From the NCBI GenBank assembly GCA_019721075.1, contig JAHEAD010000004.1, positions 1 through 64,000 of the forward strand: 64,000 nt of DNA, written 5' to 3'. Source of the stretch: Candidatus Sysuiplasma jiujiangense. GTDB taxonomy: Archaea; Thermoplasmatota; Thermoplasmata; Sysuiplasmatales; Sysuiplasmataceae. Under the pieces are notes generated by a model that was given only the letters and a program-made list of their open reading frames with translations, made no database searches and was not told where the DNA came from. Positions 18,904 through 29,710 of this stretch are shown here, piece after piece. Made by a program: the position numbers and the translations under genes. The stretch's first letter is position 1, and each line of letters starts with the position of its first letter.

Positions 18904-19779
18904 TCACTCGAACAGTGAAAGCGCCAGATTTCTTTCGGTTTCATTGAACTTCCTGACGCCACTTACCGGAGCAATGCCTCCGTTTGTCTGTTTCAGCTGT
19001 TCCTCAAAAGTCGGCAAATCCTCTCTTCTGTAGAAGATGCCCAGCGGTATTTTTTCGCTCTCATGAGCCCTGCTCATTGCGGCGTTGAAATCGGAAGAAT
19101 CGTGCTTCACTGAATCAAGATCGTACATTTTCGCCCTGATTTCGTCATATATGTCGTTCCAGGTAACGCATGGGCTCAGAATGTCCACCAGTGCAAAACC
19201 GCGATGGTGTATTGCTTCCTCTATCATTCGTGTGAGCGGTTTGACCTGGCCGGAAAATCCTCTCGCGACAAATGTCGCACCTATCCCTAGAAGGGAGGAA
19301 AGGGGATTCAACGGATAAATGCTGCTGCCATACGGCGTAGTTTTTGTCTTCTGGCCAAGTTTGGAAGTGGGTGAAAGCTGACCCGTTGTCAGCCCGTATA
19401 TTTCATTATTCAGCACAAGGAGTTTTATGTCATGGTTCCGTCTCGCAGCGTGCACAACATGATTGAAACCGATACCATATTCATCACCGTCCCCCGCAAT
19501 TGCCAGTACCGTCAGCGCAGGGTTGGCTATCTTTGCGCCGACTGCAACAGGAACAGGCCTTCCATGAAGGCCATGGTGGCCGTATGTCCTTATATAACCG
19601 GGAAAATTCGATGAGCACCCTATTCCCGAGGAGATCAGGACGTTGTGCGGCTCTATTCCGAGTCCTGCGAGCGCATTTTTGACGGCAGACAGCGCACCGA
19701 AATCACCGCATCCGGGGCACCAGTCCGGTCTTATGTCGCTTTCAAATGTTTTCAGATCTATCAATTGTTTTTCCAACAT
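18904..19779 (-). CDS. korB: 2-oxoacid:ferredoxin oxidoreductase beta subunit
   Basis: WCPGCGDF, SGIGCS and GDGD...NN TPP-binding motif. Confidence 0.93.
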   Translation of the reverse strand: MLEKQLIDLKTFESDIRPDWCPGCGDFGALSAVKNALAGLGIEPHNVLISSGIGCSSNFPGYIRTYGHHGLHGRPVPVAVGAKIANPALTVLAIAGDGDEYGIGFNHVVHAARRNHDIKLLVLNNEIYGLTTGQLSPTSKLGQKTKTTPYGSSIYPLNPLSSLLGIGATFVARGFSGQVKPLTRMIEEAIHHRGFALVDILSPCVTWNDIYDEIRAKMYDLDSVKHDSSDFNAAMSRAHESEKIPLGIFYRREDLPTFEEQLKQTNGGIAPVSGVRKFNETERNLALSLFE

Positions 19780-21564
19780 TTAACTCGCCTTCGTTTTCAA
19801 AAGTTCTTTAATCCTGTTTACGATCTCAGCAGGCTCAATCGGTTCCCCCGAGTAGGAGAGTAAGCGATCTGCTATTATCGTCCCAGTCTCCCTCGCAATG
19901 AGTCCGGCCATCTGTCCGGTATAATTCGCCTCTATGTCGAGCAGCCTCTTCGCACTGTGCAGCATGGCAGAAATTTCGCTCCATCGGAGCGGGAAGATAT
20001 CCGTGAATTCTATGGAGTTGACGCTGAAACCCTCTTTCCAGAGCGTCCTGAGCGCTTCACGCACAGGATTGGATGTGCTTCCCCAGCACACAATGGACAG
20101 ATCAGCATCTTTCGGCCCGGCAATTTCGGGTAATTTCATCTCGCCGGCTATGCCGTTCAGCTTCCCCATTCTCTTTTTCATCATCTTGATTCTCATATCG
20201 ACTGCACTCGCGAGTCCCGCTTCCACATCGCTAAGATCGTGTCCGTACTCGTCATGTTCATCGGTTTTCGCAACAAACATCCCATTGGGTGTTCCTGGAA
20301 GGACACGCGGGGAAATGCCGTCTTCTGTAAGCTGATATCTCCTGAACCAGGCAGAGCCATTCTTTTCCACGTCTGCGATGAGTTTGCCTCTGTCAATGTC
20401 TTCATCGAAATTCAGGTTCTCGATTGTGGAATAGCCTCCGTCGCCTATGCCGAAGTCTAGGAGGACGATAACCGGAACCTGATATTTTTCAGCAATATTG
20501 AACGCCCTTGACATCGTGTTGAATGTTTCTTCCGGATTCCTCGGAGCAATGATGACGCGCGGAAAGTCATCCTGCGAAATGCCAAGCATCATGTTCAGAT
20601 CCCCCTGGGCGGTCTTGGTAGGCAATCCCGTAGAAGGTCCTGCCCTCATAACGTCCACAACCACGATCGGTGTTTCGTTCATCGCCGCCATTCCAAAAGC
20701 CTCCTGCATAAGGGCGAATCCTCCGCCGCTCGTTCCGCACATCGCTCTCGCGCCTGTGAATGCTGCACCGATAGTCGACCCTATTGCTGAAATTTCATCC
20801 TCAGCAAGCAGAACAGATATGCCCATTTTCTTGGCATTATAGGCCATAAAATGCAGTATCGGACTCGCTGGAGACATCGGGTAGGCAGCGTAGAATCTGC
20901 ATCCTGCATTGACTGCACCGGCAGCAAGAGCAAAATTCGCATGTGTGTATTTCCTTCTAATGCTGTAATCGAATTCGAGTGTCTTTGTCGGTACGAAATC
21001 CACCTCTGTCTTCAAATACCCCTCCACTGCGGCCTTTACATTGCCCTCGATAACTTCCGGGCGCTTCGATGCAAACTGTTCCCTGATCACATTTTCGAGT
21101 ATTCGCCTGTCAATGTTGAGTATGCCTGCAATAGCTCCTATTCCGACCGTGTTCTTCATTAGCGGTCTCTTGTCATATTTGAGTGCGATTTCGGTAAGCG
21201 GAAGAGGAACGGGAGTAACACCCTCTGGAACAGGACCCGCCTTGACAAACTTTGGATCGTAGATGACGGCGCCGCCTCTGTTTATCCTGCCTACATGCTC
21301 GTCAAATGCGAGCTGTGTAAGCGCAAGCAGATAGTCTATTCCATAGCCGAGGGACGTGACCCTCCAATTTCCTGCATGAATGTGGAACCAGACATGCCCT
21401 CCTCTTATGAGGGACTGGTTCCCGTTATATGTCACAACATACTGTCCGCTTCTCGAAAGCATTCTTGTGACTATCTCACCGGCACTCTGTATGCCGTCCC
21501 CTGCCGCCGCGCCCAGTCTTATCGTTATATCCATTTCATTCAAGTTTATCGCCTGTGCAGCCAT
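19780..21564 (-). CDS. korA: 2-oxoacid:ferredoxin oxidoreductase alpha (gamma-alpha fusion) subunit
   Basis: GDGIQSAG, YPMSPAS, EDEISA and RAGPSTGLPT motifs. Confidence 0.93.
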   Translation of the reverse strand: MAAQAINLNEMDITIRLGAAAGDGIQSAGEIVTRMLSRSGQYVVTYNGNQSLIRGGHVWFHIHAGNWRVTSLGYGIDYLLALTQLAFDEHVGRINRGGAVIYDPKFVKAGPVPEGVTPVPLPLTEIALKYDKRPLMKNTVGIGAIAGILNIDRRILENVIREQFASKRPEVIEGNVKAAVEGYLKTEVDFVPTKTLEFDYSIRRKYTHANFALAAGAVNAGCRFYAAYPMSPASPILHFMAYNAKKMGISVLLAEDEISAIGSTIGAAFTGARAMCGTSGGGFALMQEAFGMAAMNETPIVVVDVMRAGPSTGLPTKTAQGDLNMMLGISQDDFPRVIIAPRNPEETFNTMSRAFNIAEKYQVPVIVLLDFGIGDGGYSTIENLNFDEDIDRGKLIADVEKNGSAWFRRYQLTEDGISPRVLPGTPNGMFVAKTDEHDEYGHDLSDVEAGLASAVDMRIKMMKKRMGKLNGIAGEMKLPEIAGPKDADLSIVCWGSTSNPVREALRTLWKEGFSVNSIEFTDIFPLRWSEISAMLHSAKRLLDIEANYTGQMAGLIARETGTIIADRLLSYSGEPIEPAEIVNRIKELLKTKAS

Positions 21565-21804
21565 TCATAAATACGTAATTGTCCTATTGCATTATCTGTC
21601 TACATTCTTAATGTTTTTGAATTCGCTATGTTTATATTGGCAGGTAGGAGCGTTCCGCGCCGGTTTCGGACCTTTTCTGCATTTGCCTGCTCTTTATTCA
21701 TCTTTCTGCATTCGCTGCACTATGTCGGCGTATGAGGCAATGCCTTCCCGTCTTATTGTCTGACGACTGTCAGTCAAAATCAGTTAAAATTAAATAAACA
21801 GTTT

Positions 21805-22275
21805 ATGATTAAGGTACCAAGGGATGGTATGTCTCCTTTATTCGAACTGTTCATTGTGCTGTGGGTAATAGTTTCGCTGTCACTCTCAATCTGGACATAT
21901 AACGATGCATTCCTTCTTTCTTACAGCAGGGCATGGGCCATAGCTGTCTTTTTCTTCTCGCCTGCATTTTTCCCCCTCTATCTGTTCTGGTCAAGATGGC
22001 GCAAAATCCCAGCTGGAAACTTCAGGAAACCGGACTATGAGGTGAACACTGCGGTATTCAGTCCTCAAACGGTTAACAGCCCGCCTGCAGAACCAGCGCC
22101 GCGCTCTGAACCGGCCGCAAAGGCTGCTGTTTCCGCCGCTGAGGACGATTTGGCGTATCTGTCCCAGGGACTCCCGAGATGCCCCGGCTGCAATACGGCA
22201 GTTTCATTTTACGATGTCCAGTGTCTCAAATGCGGTCAGCCTCTGAAGAGAATAGCAACTGAGACGGCATTCTGA
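21805..22275 (+). CDS. Membrane protein with Pro/Ala linker and C-terminal zinc ribbon
   Basis: Two N-terminal TM helices, low-complexity linker, CPGC...CLKC. Confidence 0.7.
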   Translation: MIKVPRDGMSPLFELFIVLWVIVSLSLSIWTYNDAFLLSYSRAWAIAVFFFSPAFFPLYLFWSRWRKIPAGNFRKPDYEVNTAVFSPQTVNSPPAEPAPRSEPAAKAAVSAAEDDLAYLSQGLPRCPGCNTAVSFYDVQCLKCGQPLKRIATETAF

Positions 22276-22281
22276 ATTAAG

Positions 22282-23478
22282 TTAGTCCCGATCCTGAACC
22301 TTCAGCTCCTTTACTATTCTGTCATGCGTCTGCATGATGCCCTCTACCCCAGTGTTAAGGAGTACGCATCTGGAAGATTCCACCTCTCTCCTGAAAAATT
22401 CTTCCTGCCTCCTGTCGTCCCTGACAAGGAGATAGGGGTTGTACCAGGCCTCCTGCGCAATGGTTCCCCACTTCTCTTTCGGTCCTGCACCCGGTCTTAT
22501 CATGTATTTTCCCTCAAGGAGAACCCTCACGGCCTCATCAGGATCCAGGTTTACCTGCGCAGGCGATGTGCTGTCCCTCCTGAGAAGCACAAGGAGATTA
22601 AGCGTTGCAAAATCCCCCACTTTCTCCTCCCCCTTCATCCATTCCCTGGGCAGGAGTGCCCTGGCGTTTGCAAAGGCATAGAAACACCACTCCCTTCCTT
22701 CGTCAAAAACACACTTTCGCTCGCCCCTGGCGCATCTGTCCCAGCATGACTGATTCTGGCAGTCCTGCTTTCTCATTACCACGTTCTCGCACTTGCAGCC
22801 GTCGAGAATTGGTCTGAGCCAAGGCTCGTTCTCCTCATTCTCTGTTCTGACATATAGCCTTCTTTCCGGCTGCCTTACAATAAAAGTGTGGTCCTTGCCG
22901 TCCCTGAGTCCGGGGGGATGCTCAATGTACACCCAGTCGTCTCCGACAACCTTTCCGTTGGGATGCTGAAAGAGCCTGTTGACCTGAGTTGTCTTACCAG
23001 TCCCCGTAGGAGCAACGATTACTACCCCTCTTCCACCCAGTTCGGCGCAGGCACCATGAATGGAGTGCGTATTGTAATGTCTCTCGAGAATTGCCGCAGC
23101 CATACCGAGTGCCCAGCTTTTTGCCTGCCCGTAATATTCGGTATTCACAAACAGGGAAGTGTTGAGTTCCGGCGAGTAGAAAGCCTGAGGCTCCATGTCA
23201 GGAACGCCCACGACGCTGTACATGAATGCGTGCGGAAGCACATCCCTATTATTCGGTGCCGGCCACCAGTTTTCCCTCCAGAAGTCATACTGGTGCTCGC
23301 TGTTCCCCACATACCTCACAATGATGCCGTTGATATTTGCGTCCCAGACATATTTCCTGTGATATGGAATGTAATTCGAAACATGAGCCAGGAGTCCGTT
23401 CATTTCTTTTGCCGGCACATCTTTTCTGGACTTCGCCCTTGAAGTCTCCTTTGTTATGTAATTGTTGAGCATCGACAT
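22282..23478 (-). CDS. PEP-carboxykinase/HPr-kinase-like P-loop protein
   Basis: NTEYYGQAK, HSIHGAC, APTGTGKTT, VGDDW, ENV, NAR and LLNTG occur in the same order as the ATP-PEPCK motifs. Confidence 0.7.
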   Translation of the reverse strand: MSMLNNYITKETSRAKSRKDVPAKEMNGLLAHVSNYIPYHRKYVWDANINGIIVRYVGNSEHQYDFWRENWWPAPNNRDVLPHAFMYSVVGVPDMEPQAFYSPELNTSLFVNTEYYGQAKSWALGMAAAILERHYNTHSIHGACAELGGRGVVIVAPTGTGKTTQVNRLFQHPNGKVVGDDWVYIEHPPGLRDGKDHTFIVRQPERRLYVRTENEENEPWLRPILDGCKCENVVMRKQDCQNQSCWDRCARGERKCVFDEGREWCFYAFANARALLPREWMKGEEKVGDFATLNLLVLLRRDSTSPAQVNLDPDEAVRVLLEGKYMIRPGAGPKEKWGTIAQEAWYNPYLLVRDDRRQEEFFRREVESSRCVLLNTGVEGIMQTHDRIVKELKVQDRD

Positions 23479-23633
23479 TCAGACACCGGCTAACAATTCG
23501 CAGTGTTGTATTAAAATAATGGCAAAAGGAATGTCATCGTTTGTCAGTGCGGCATGACACTTTACTGGCACTTCCGTGCCGTCTATTTTAATGGAGGAGA
23601 ACATTCACCCGACAGGGAAGGCAGGGAATTGCT

Positions 23634-24392
23634 GTGGTTCTTAGAATGCTCGTCGACGAAAGAGGCCGTAAATTTCTTTTCGAGGGAGACAGAGGGAGTG
23701 TGAAGATCGGCGGGCTGGGCGTGGTCAGCATTGACAGGCTTGTAAAATTCAGTGATGGGGACGAAGTGCAAATTGCAGGTAAAAAGTTCAGACTGCTTCC
23801 GCCGACAATTGAAGATGTCCTTTCCTCTATTTACCGGGGACCGCAGATAATAATGCCAAAGGATGCCGCCCTGATAGTGCACCACCTGAGCATCGGGTGC
23901 GGCTCCACAGTGGTTGAGGGAGGTTCCGGTTCCGGAAGTCTGGCACTCTCTCTCCTCAAGGCGGTATACCCGACAGGAAGGGTCATTAGCTTCGACAACA
24001 GGAAAGAACATCTCAGCATAGCATCAAGGAACGTCCACGCATCAGGCATGTCGTCGTCATGGTATCCGGTGCTCGGAGACATCAGGAACGTATCCTTAGG
24101 AAGAAAGGTGGATGCCATGGCCGTTGATATTCCGGATCCCTGGAATGTGTTTTCTGCCGCATCCTCAATCCTTAAAACAGGAGGTATTCTTGCGATATAT
24201 GTCCCCACTATAAATCAGACGGAAAGAACCGTCGTTTCCTCAGCCGGAACTGTTTTTTCCCATGAGGTCAGCTTTGAAAGCATTTTCAGAAAGCTGGAAA
24301 TCAATGAGGGCGCAAGCAGACACAGTTTTGACACCCTCGGTCATTCTGGTTACATCTCGATATTCAGAAAGACGTTCGAAATGCCTGTATGA
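23634..24392 (+). CDS. trmI: tRNA (adenine-N1)-methyltransferase
   Basis: RGPQIIMPKD, VVEGGSGSGSL, DIPDPW and GHSGY motifs. Confidence 0.92.
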   Translation: MVLRMLVDERGRKFLFEGDRGSVKIGGLGVVSIDRLVKFSDGDEVQIAGKKFRLLPPTIEDVLSSIYRGPQIIMPKDAALIVHHLSIGCGSTVVEGGSGSGSLALSLLKAVYPTGRVISFDNRKEHLSIASRNVHASGMSSSWYPVLGDIRNVSLGRKVDAMAVDIPDPWNVFSAASSILKTGGILAIYVPTINQTERTVVSSAGTVFSHEVSFESIFRKLEINEGASRHSFDTLGHSGYISIFRKTFEMPV

Positions 24393-24473
24393 TCGGATGA
24401 TACTGCCAGCCGAAGTTTCAACAGTTTTTAATCCAGGCAATGATTAGAGGGAACTGTCAGGAGTCGGAAGCTG

Positions 24474-25106
24474 TTGGCAGACATTGCATTCTTTATCGCA
24501 TCCGCCGCTGCGATATTCGTTGTCGTGAACCCAATCGGAAACGTGCCATTTTTCCAGACGCTCACAGCAGGTTATGACAGTGCAATGAAGAAGAGGGTGA
24601 TTATGAAGGTGATCTACATAACACTCGGTGCACTGATACTTTTCGGTCTCTTTGGTAAATTCATTTTCGCAATTTACGGAATAACACTTCCTGCATTCGA
24701 GATTGCGGGTGGCATACTTCTTTTTACAACCTCCTTCTCGATGCTGCAGGGTGAAAATCCGAGGACCAAAGCCTCTAAGGAGGATGAAGATGAAGCGCTT
24801 GCGAGGGAATCCGTTGGTATCGTGCCCCTCGGAATACCGCTGTTTGCAGGACCAGGTGCCATAACAACGGTGATAATCTTCTTCGGTGAGGCGAAAGGTG
24901 TTCTGGACGCCATTTTTGTGCTTGTTTCAATAGCGATAACAGTTGTTGCATCCTACGTTGCGCTTGTTTATTCCGAGCCTCTCTTCAGGCGAATGGGAAG
25001 GATGGGGGCGATGGCATTCTCCAGAATTGAGGGGATATTGCTCGCTGCACTGGCGGTTCAGTTCATTATCACCGGCGTTACCGCTGTACTCCATGCGGTG
25101 CTCTGA
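24474..25106 (+). CDS. MarC family membrane protein
   Basis: VVNPIGNVPFF, AGGILLF and VPLGIPLFAGPGAITT motifs. Confidence 0.92.
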   Translation: MADIAFFIASAAAIFVVVNPIGNVPFFQTLTAGYDSAMKKRVIMKVIYITLGALILFGLFGKFIFAIYGITLPAFEIAGGILLFTTSFSMLQGENPRTKASKEDEDEALARESVGIVPLGIPLFAGPGAITTVIIFFGEAKGVLDAIFVLVSIAITVVASYVALVYSEPLFRRMGRMGAMAFSRIEGILLAALAVQFIITGVTAVLHAVL

Positions 25107-25812
25107 CTGAAGCCTGCTTGTCACATCGTTGTAATGTTCGTTCCCGCGCCTCTTTGGTCTTATCAGCCGCATAATATTTGCCTGTGCTTTCCATGTCTAT
25201 GCAGACTCCGATGATACATCTGGTTTGATGACGGGCCCATCCTAAAACTCAGCAGGAAAAATGAAGCAGGGCATCTTGTTTTTCTCATCATGGCCATTGC
25301 CTTTCTGTCTTATACGAAGTATACGAAATTCCTGAACTTGTGAAAAACCGTGTCGGTGTATGCGTATCAACCACTTTAAGGATCTCAATGGCATATGGGT
25401 GAGGACAACCGTCAGAAGAGACAGCAGGTATGCCCGAAACTCCGGGCGATTCACCAGCTCAGATCGTAAATGAAACCAGCCGGCATACCCGGCATTGCAA
25501 TTGTCCCGCATTACACCGGCAGTGAATATTTCACGTGCTCTGGATAAATGAGATAAGCATGCCTGAATGATCCTGTTTCAAATTCGTTTCCTGCTGTTTT
25601 GAGGGGTGAAGCTAATTTTGCCGTGTTCCTCAACTTCTGGAACATGACTGCGGTCAGCAGGTCCGTTGTTGCGGCTGCTAATGCTGGCAACACATTACCA
25701 CGGTCTAAAGCTCCGAAGCTTCAGAGAGTAACAGCTTACAAAGATTAAAGACACCGATAAGTTTTTGCGCCAGTCTGTCAGCCATTGGAGATTGAAAATT
25801 CAGGTGTGCTAT

Positions 25813-27015
25813 ATGCCGGCTCTGCGCGATGAACTTATGCTCGACAACCGGCCCCTGTGGTCCATCGGCTTCGCTGTCATGATAAGGTCCATCGGTTTCG
25901 GTGCAACCTGGCCGTTCATGGCAATATTTTTCAACAGGGAGCTGAAGGTGCCTATCTACGAGGTTGGTCTCATATTCGCCATGCTTGCAGTGAGCGGTGT
26001 TTTCTTTCAGATATTCGGAGGCTATCTGGCAGATTTCCGCGGCAGACGTTTTTCACTTCTGTTCGGCAGCGCATCCGGCATTGTCATTTACACGTCCATC
26101 ATCATACTCCTTCTGGATCGAGCCGGAGTCGTTCCAGTAATTGCACTTTTTATACTCACATCCATTTCCGGGTCGATAATATTTCCGGCCGCCAATGCAT
26201 ACGTGGCGGACGTGACCTCTCCTGCTCAGAGGAGCAGGGCGTACTCAATTTACAGGATACTTGCAAACACGGGATGGGCCGTTGGTCCACTGACCGGGTC
26301 GCAGCTGTTCCAGTTCGGCATAGTCTGGATTTTCCTTCTGGTGGACGTAACACTGATTTTGCAATTCACCGTTCTGTATATACTTGTCAGCGACAGGAAA
26401 TCGCCGTCCGGAAAAGGCACGGGAATGAGGGAGAGATTTGCCATGCTACTTGTCTACGACTCCCAACTTTTGCTCTTCAGCGGAGCAACTTTTCTGCTTA
26501 TGATACTTGTATCCCAGTTTTCTGTAACGCTGCCTTCATTCGCAATAACCAGGGGGTCGATTGCAACATACCAGCTAGGCTACATCTACGCAGTGAACGG
26601 ACTGGTAGTTGTATTCGGCCAGTTTCCTGTGACTTCACTCGTCAGGAACATCAGGGAGATGAATGTGGTCATCTTCGGAGCACTCTTCTATATGCTTGGA
26701 TATTTCCTCCTCTCCTTCTCAGGCAGCCTGCTTCAGCTCATGTTCGATATGGCGGTAATCACAATTGGAGAAAATCTGGCTACACCTGGTATCAACGCTA
26801 TAGTTTCAAGATTGGCTCCGTCCGACAAAGTCGGAAGGTACATGGCGTTCAACGGCATGGCAAACTCTGCAGGCAGGGCTATGGGTCCGACAGTGGGATC
26901 CATTCTGCTGTTTGTTTTTGCCTATGACGGTCTGAAGGTGTGGTCATTTCTGGATATGTTTGGTGCTCTCGCTATCCTGCTTATGCTTGTTCTCCAGCGT
27001 ATGAGAAACTCATGA
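25813..27015 (+). CDS. MFS transporter
   Basis: About 12 TM segments with motif A GGYLADFRGRR; ATG at 25813 preferred. Confidence 0.9.
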   Translation: MPALRDELMLDNRPLWSIGFAVMIRSIGFGATWPFMAIFFNRELKVPIYEVGLIFAMLAVSGVFFQIFGGYLADFRGRRFSLLFGSASGIVIYTSIIILLLDRAGVVPVIALFILTSISGSIIFPAANAYVADVTSPAQRSRAYSIYRILANTGWAVGPLTGSQLFQFGIVWIFLLVDVTLILQFTVLYILVSDRKSPSGKGTGMRERFAMLLVYDSQLLLFSGATFLLMILVSQFSVTLPSFAITRGSIATYQLGYIYAVNGLVVVFGQFPVTSLVRNIREMNVVIFGALFYMLGYFLLSFSGSLLQLMFDMAVITIGENLATPGINAIVSRLAPSDKVGRYMAFNGMANSAGRAMGPTVGSILLFVFAYDGLKVWSFLDMFGALAILLMLVLQRMRNS

Positions 27016-27122
27016 ATGAACTCCGAAACTCAGCATCTCCTGGAGACTGCCGCCCCCTGTCTTGTAGCATTGAATGCAGCATACTTAAAATACGGATTGT
27101 TATTCCAACCGTGGTTGGTCCC

Positions 27123-27368
27123 TTGCCGGAATATGAAGTCAGGATTTCATTGAAGGAGGGAATAGTCGATCCAGAAGGAGAGAACACCAGGAAAGCTCTT
27201 CAGCTCCTTGGCTTTAAACATCTGAAACAGGTTTCTTCCTTCAGGATGTACTTCCTGAAAGTCGAATGCAGCGGAGATGAGGCCGAGAAGGAAATCGAGG
27301 AAATGTGCAGGAAACTGCTTGCGAATCCTGCTATTCATAATTACAGTTACAGGAAGGTAAGTGATTGA
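27123..27368 (+). CDS. purS: FGAM synthase subunit PurS
   Basis: LKEGIVDPEG...LLANP motifs; TTG start at 27123. Confidence 0.92.
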   Translation: MPEYEVRISLKEGIVDPEGENTRKALQLLGFKHLKQVSSFRMYFLKVECSGDEAEKEIEEMCRKLLANPAIHNYSYRKVSD

Positions 27369-29710
27369 AATCACACCCTGAATCCGGCTCGATGAGCGGA
27401 AAGGTGTTCTACCCTTCAGGCACCGGCGGGGTGTGGCATGTCAGGATAAGGGAAGCGGATGACAGGGAACTGCGATTTATCAATGATTTCATGTCGCTCG
27501 GTTTCAGCGAGCCGGAGCTTTACCGCGTCAGGGATTATTTTGTCAGGGTGGGAAGAGACGCAACCGATATAGAGCTTCAGTCGATTGCACAGGCCTGGAG
27601 CGAACACTGCAGCTACAAGACATCGAAGCCCGCCCTCAGGGAACATGTCTTCCCTCTTTCCAGGAGGGCCTATGCGAACGGCGATGCAGGCGTCATGGAG
27701 TTTGACGCGGAACATGTGTATTCGCTGAAGATGGAAAGCCACAATCATCCAAGCGCAATAGAACCATATGGCGGTGCTGGAACAGGTATCGGTGGAATTG
27801 TCAGAGACATACTCTGTATGGGTACCAGGCCGGTTGCACTTGCTGACCCTATCTTTTTCGGGGATCTGGACGCTCGCTACGAGGATCTGCCTCCCGGGAC
27901 GAAGCATCCGAAGTATCTTTTCTCAGGTGTCGTCGCAGGAATAAGGGATTACGGCAACCGGATCGGGGTTCCGACAATTTCAGGTCTGGTGATGTTTGAC
28001 CGGAGGTATTCATCCAGCTGTCTGGTCAATGCCGGATGTGTCGGATTTGGCAGGAAGGAGGACATTGTAAAGAATTCATTCCTCAATCCAGGTGATGTAA
28101 TAATACTTGCAGGCGGCCTGACCGGAAAGGACGGCATACATGGCGTGAATTTTGCATCCAGATCTTTTTCATCCGAATCACACGAAAGCGACAGGGGGGC
28201 AGTTCAGCTCGGTGACCCGATAACAAAGGAGCCGCTGATACACGCGGTACTTCAGCTTGTTTCAGAGAAGAAGATAAAGTCGATGAAGGATCTCGGCGGC
28301 GGAGGACTATCCGCTGTCGTGGGAGAGATGTGCCTTTCCGGCGGATTGGGCGCAACGATAGATATCGACCGCATTCCACTCAGAGAAAAGGGAATGAAAC
28401 CATGGGAGATATGGATATCAGAGTCGCAGGAGAGAATGCTAATTTCAGTAAGAGATGAGGATGTTAATGAAGCCCTTTCTGTCTTCGACTTCTGGGATGT
28501 TGCCGCTACATCCATAGGACGTGTTGAGGACGGCCATAAACTTGTAGTGACCAGCCAGGGCAGTAAAATACTGGAACTGGACACATCCTTTGTGGTGAAA
28601 CCGGAGGAATTCAAAAGACCAGCTGCAGGGAGGAACGGAACCATCCGCAGGGGGAAGCGAATCGAATACTCATTCGCCGCATGTGCAGACAAGGTGATGT
28701 CAGACATAAATGCATGCAGCCGCGACTGGATAGTACATATGTATGACTACGAGGTCGGGGGCAAAACAACAATCAAACCGCTGCATGGGCTGCCCGCCTT
28801 CCAGTCACATGGTGATGCGTCAGTACTCAAGCCGCTTGAGAGAAGCTGGAAGGGAATGGCTGTGACAGTAAGCGCAAAACCCAGGATTGCATCTGTCAAT
28901 CCCTATCAGGGCGCTCTTCATGCAGTGGATGAGCTGTGCCGCAATCTTGTTTCCGTCGGAGCAAGGCCTGATTCAATCACCAACTGTCTGAATTTCGGCA
29001 GCCCGGAGAGGGCGGAAGTGATGTGGGAGTTCAACGAGTCGGTCAGGGGGATGGCCGATGCTGCCGGTGCCTTGAGAATAGCGCTCCCCTCCGGCAACGT
29101 GAGCTTTTACAACGATTCGGAAACAGGTCCGATAATGCCCACAGTCTCCCTGATGGGTGTCGGGCTTGTTGACGACATCAGGAAATGCGTAACTTCGGAT
29201 TTTAAGAGGGAAGGCTCCCTCATTTATCTCATTGGTAAACCGGGAGAATCGCTTGGCTGCTCGGTAATTTCGGAGTCACTGGGACTTGGCAGCACTGATT
29301 TTATTCCCGTGGATCTCGAAAGGACAGTGAAGCTCTGTGACAGCATGCTTGAACTGTCGTCACGCAGTCTCTTCCTTTCCTGCCATGATGTTTCGGACGG
29401 CGGATTATTTTCCACTCTCGCTGAAATGGCATTCGGCGGTAACATCGGTTTTAGAATCGATGCCGCCAAAATTGAAAGCAGTCCGCCAGAGAGGCTCCTG
29501 TTTTCTGAGCCACCTGCATGCTGGGCCGTGGAAGTTACGGAGGAAGGTGCGGCCGAGATCGAGAAAGAATTCGATAAATACGCAAGGCTGATCGGAGAAA
29601 CCGGCGGTCAGGACATTGCAATTAACCTGGAAGGCGCGGAAATATACAGCACCGCACTGAGCAATCTCAGACAGAAATGGGCCGCTCCGTTATGGGAGAG
29701 GATGGGCTGA
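27365..29710 (+). CDS. purL: FGAM synthase subunit PurL
   Basis: WSEHCSYK, ESHNHPS, SESQERM and NCLNFGSP motifs. Confidence 0.96.
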   Translation: MKSHPESGSMSGKVFYPSGTGGVWHVRIREADDRELRFINDFMSLGFSEPELYRVRDYFVRVGRDATDIELQSIAQAWSEHCSYKTSKPALREHVFPLSRRAYANGDAGVMEFDAEHVYSLKMESHNHPSAIEPYGGAGTGIGGIVRDILCMGTRPVALADPIFFGDLDARYEDLPPGTKHPKYLFSGVVAGIRDYGNRIGVPTISGLVMFDRRYSSSCLVNAGCVGFGRKEDIVKNSFLNPGDVIILAGGLTGKDGIHGVNFASRSFSSESHESDRGAVQLGDPITKEPLIHAVLQLVSEKKIKSMKDLGGGGLSAVVGEMCLSGGLGATIDIDRIPLREKGMKPWEIWISESQERMLISVRDEDVNEALSVFDFWDVAATSIGRVEDGHKLVVTSQGSKILELDTSFVVKPEEFKRPAAGRNGTIRRGKRIEYSFAACADKVMSDINACSRDWIVHMYDYEVGGKTTIKPLHGLPAFQSHGDASVLKPLERSWKGMAVTVSAKPRIASVNPYQGALHAVDELCRNLVSVGARPDSITNCLNFGSPERAEVMWEFNESVRGMADAAGALRIALPSGNVSFYNDSETGPIMPTVSLMGVGLVDDIRKCVTSDFKREGSLIYLIGKPGESLGCSVISESLGLGSTDFIPVDLERTVKLCDSMLELSSRSLFLSCHDVSDGGLFSTLAEMAFGGNIGFRIDAAKIESSPPERLLFSEPPACWAVEVTEEGAAEIEKEFDKYARLIGETGGQDIAINLEGAEIYSTALSNLRQKWAAPLWERMG

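Noticed and set aside
25107..25812. Short ORFs and a C/D-box-like string (ATGATA...TGATGA...CTAA)
   Set aside because: The boxes are non-canonical and the ORFs lack recognisable features.
25857..26927. 356-aa alternative-frame ORF inside the MFS gene
   Set aside because: Shadow ORF with Arg/His/Cys-rich nonsense composition, fully overlapping a clear transporter.
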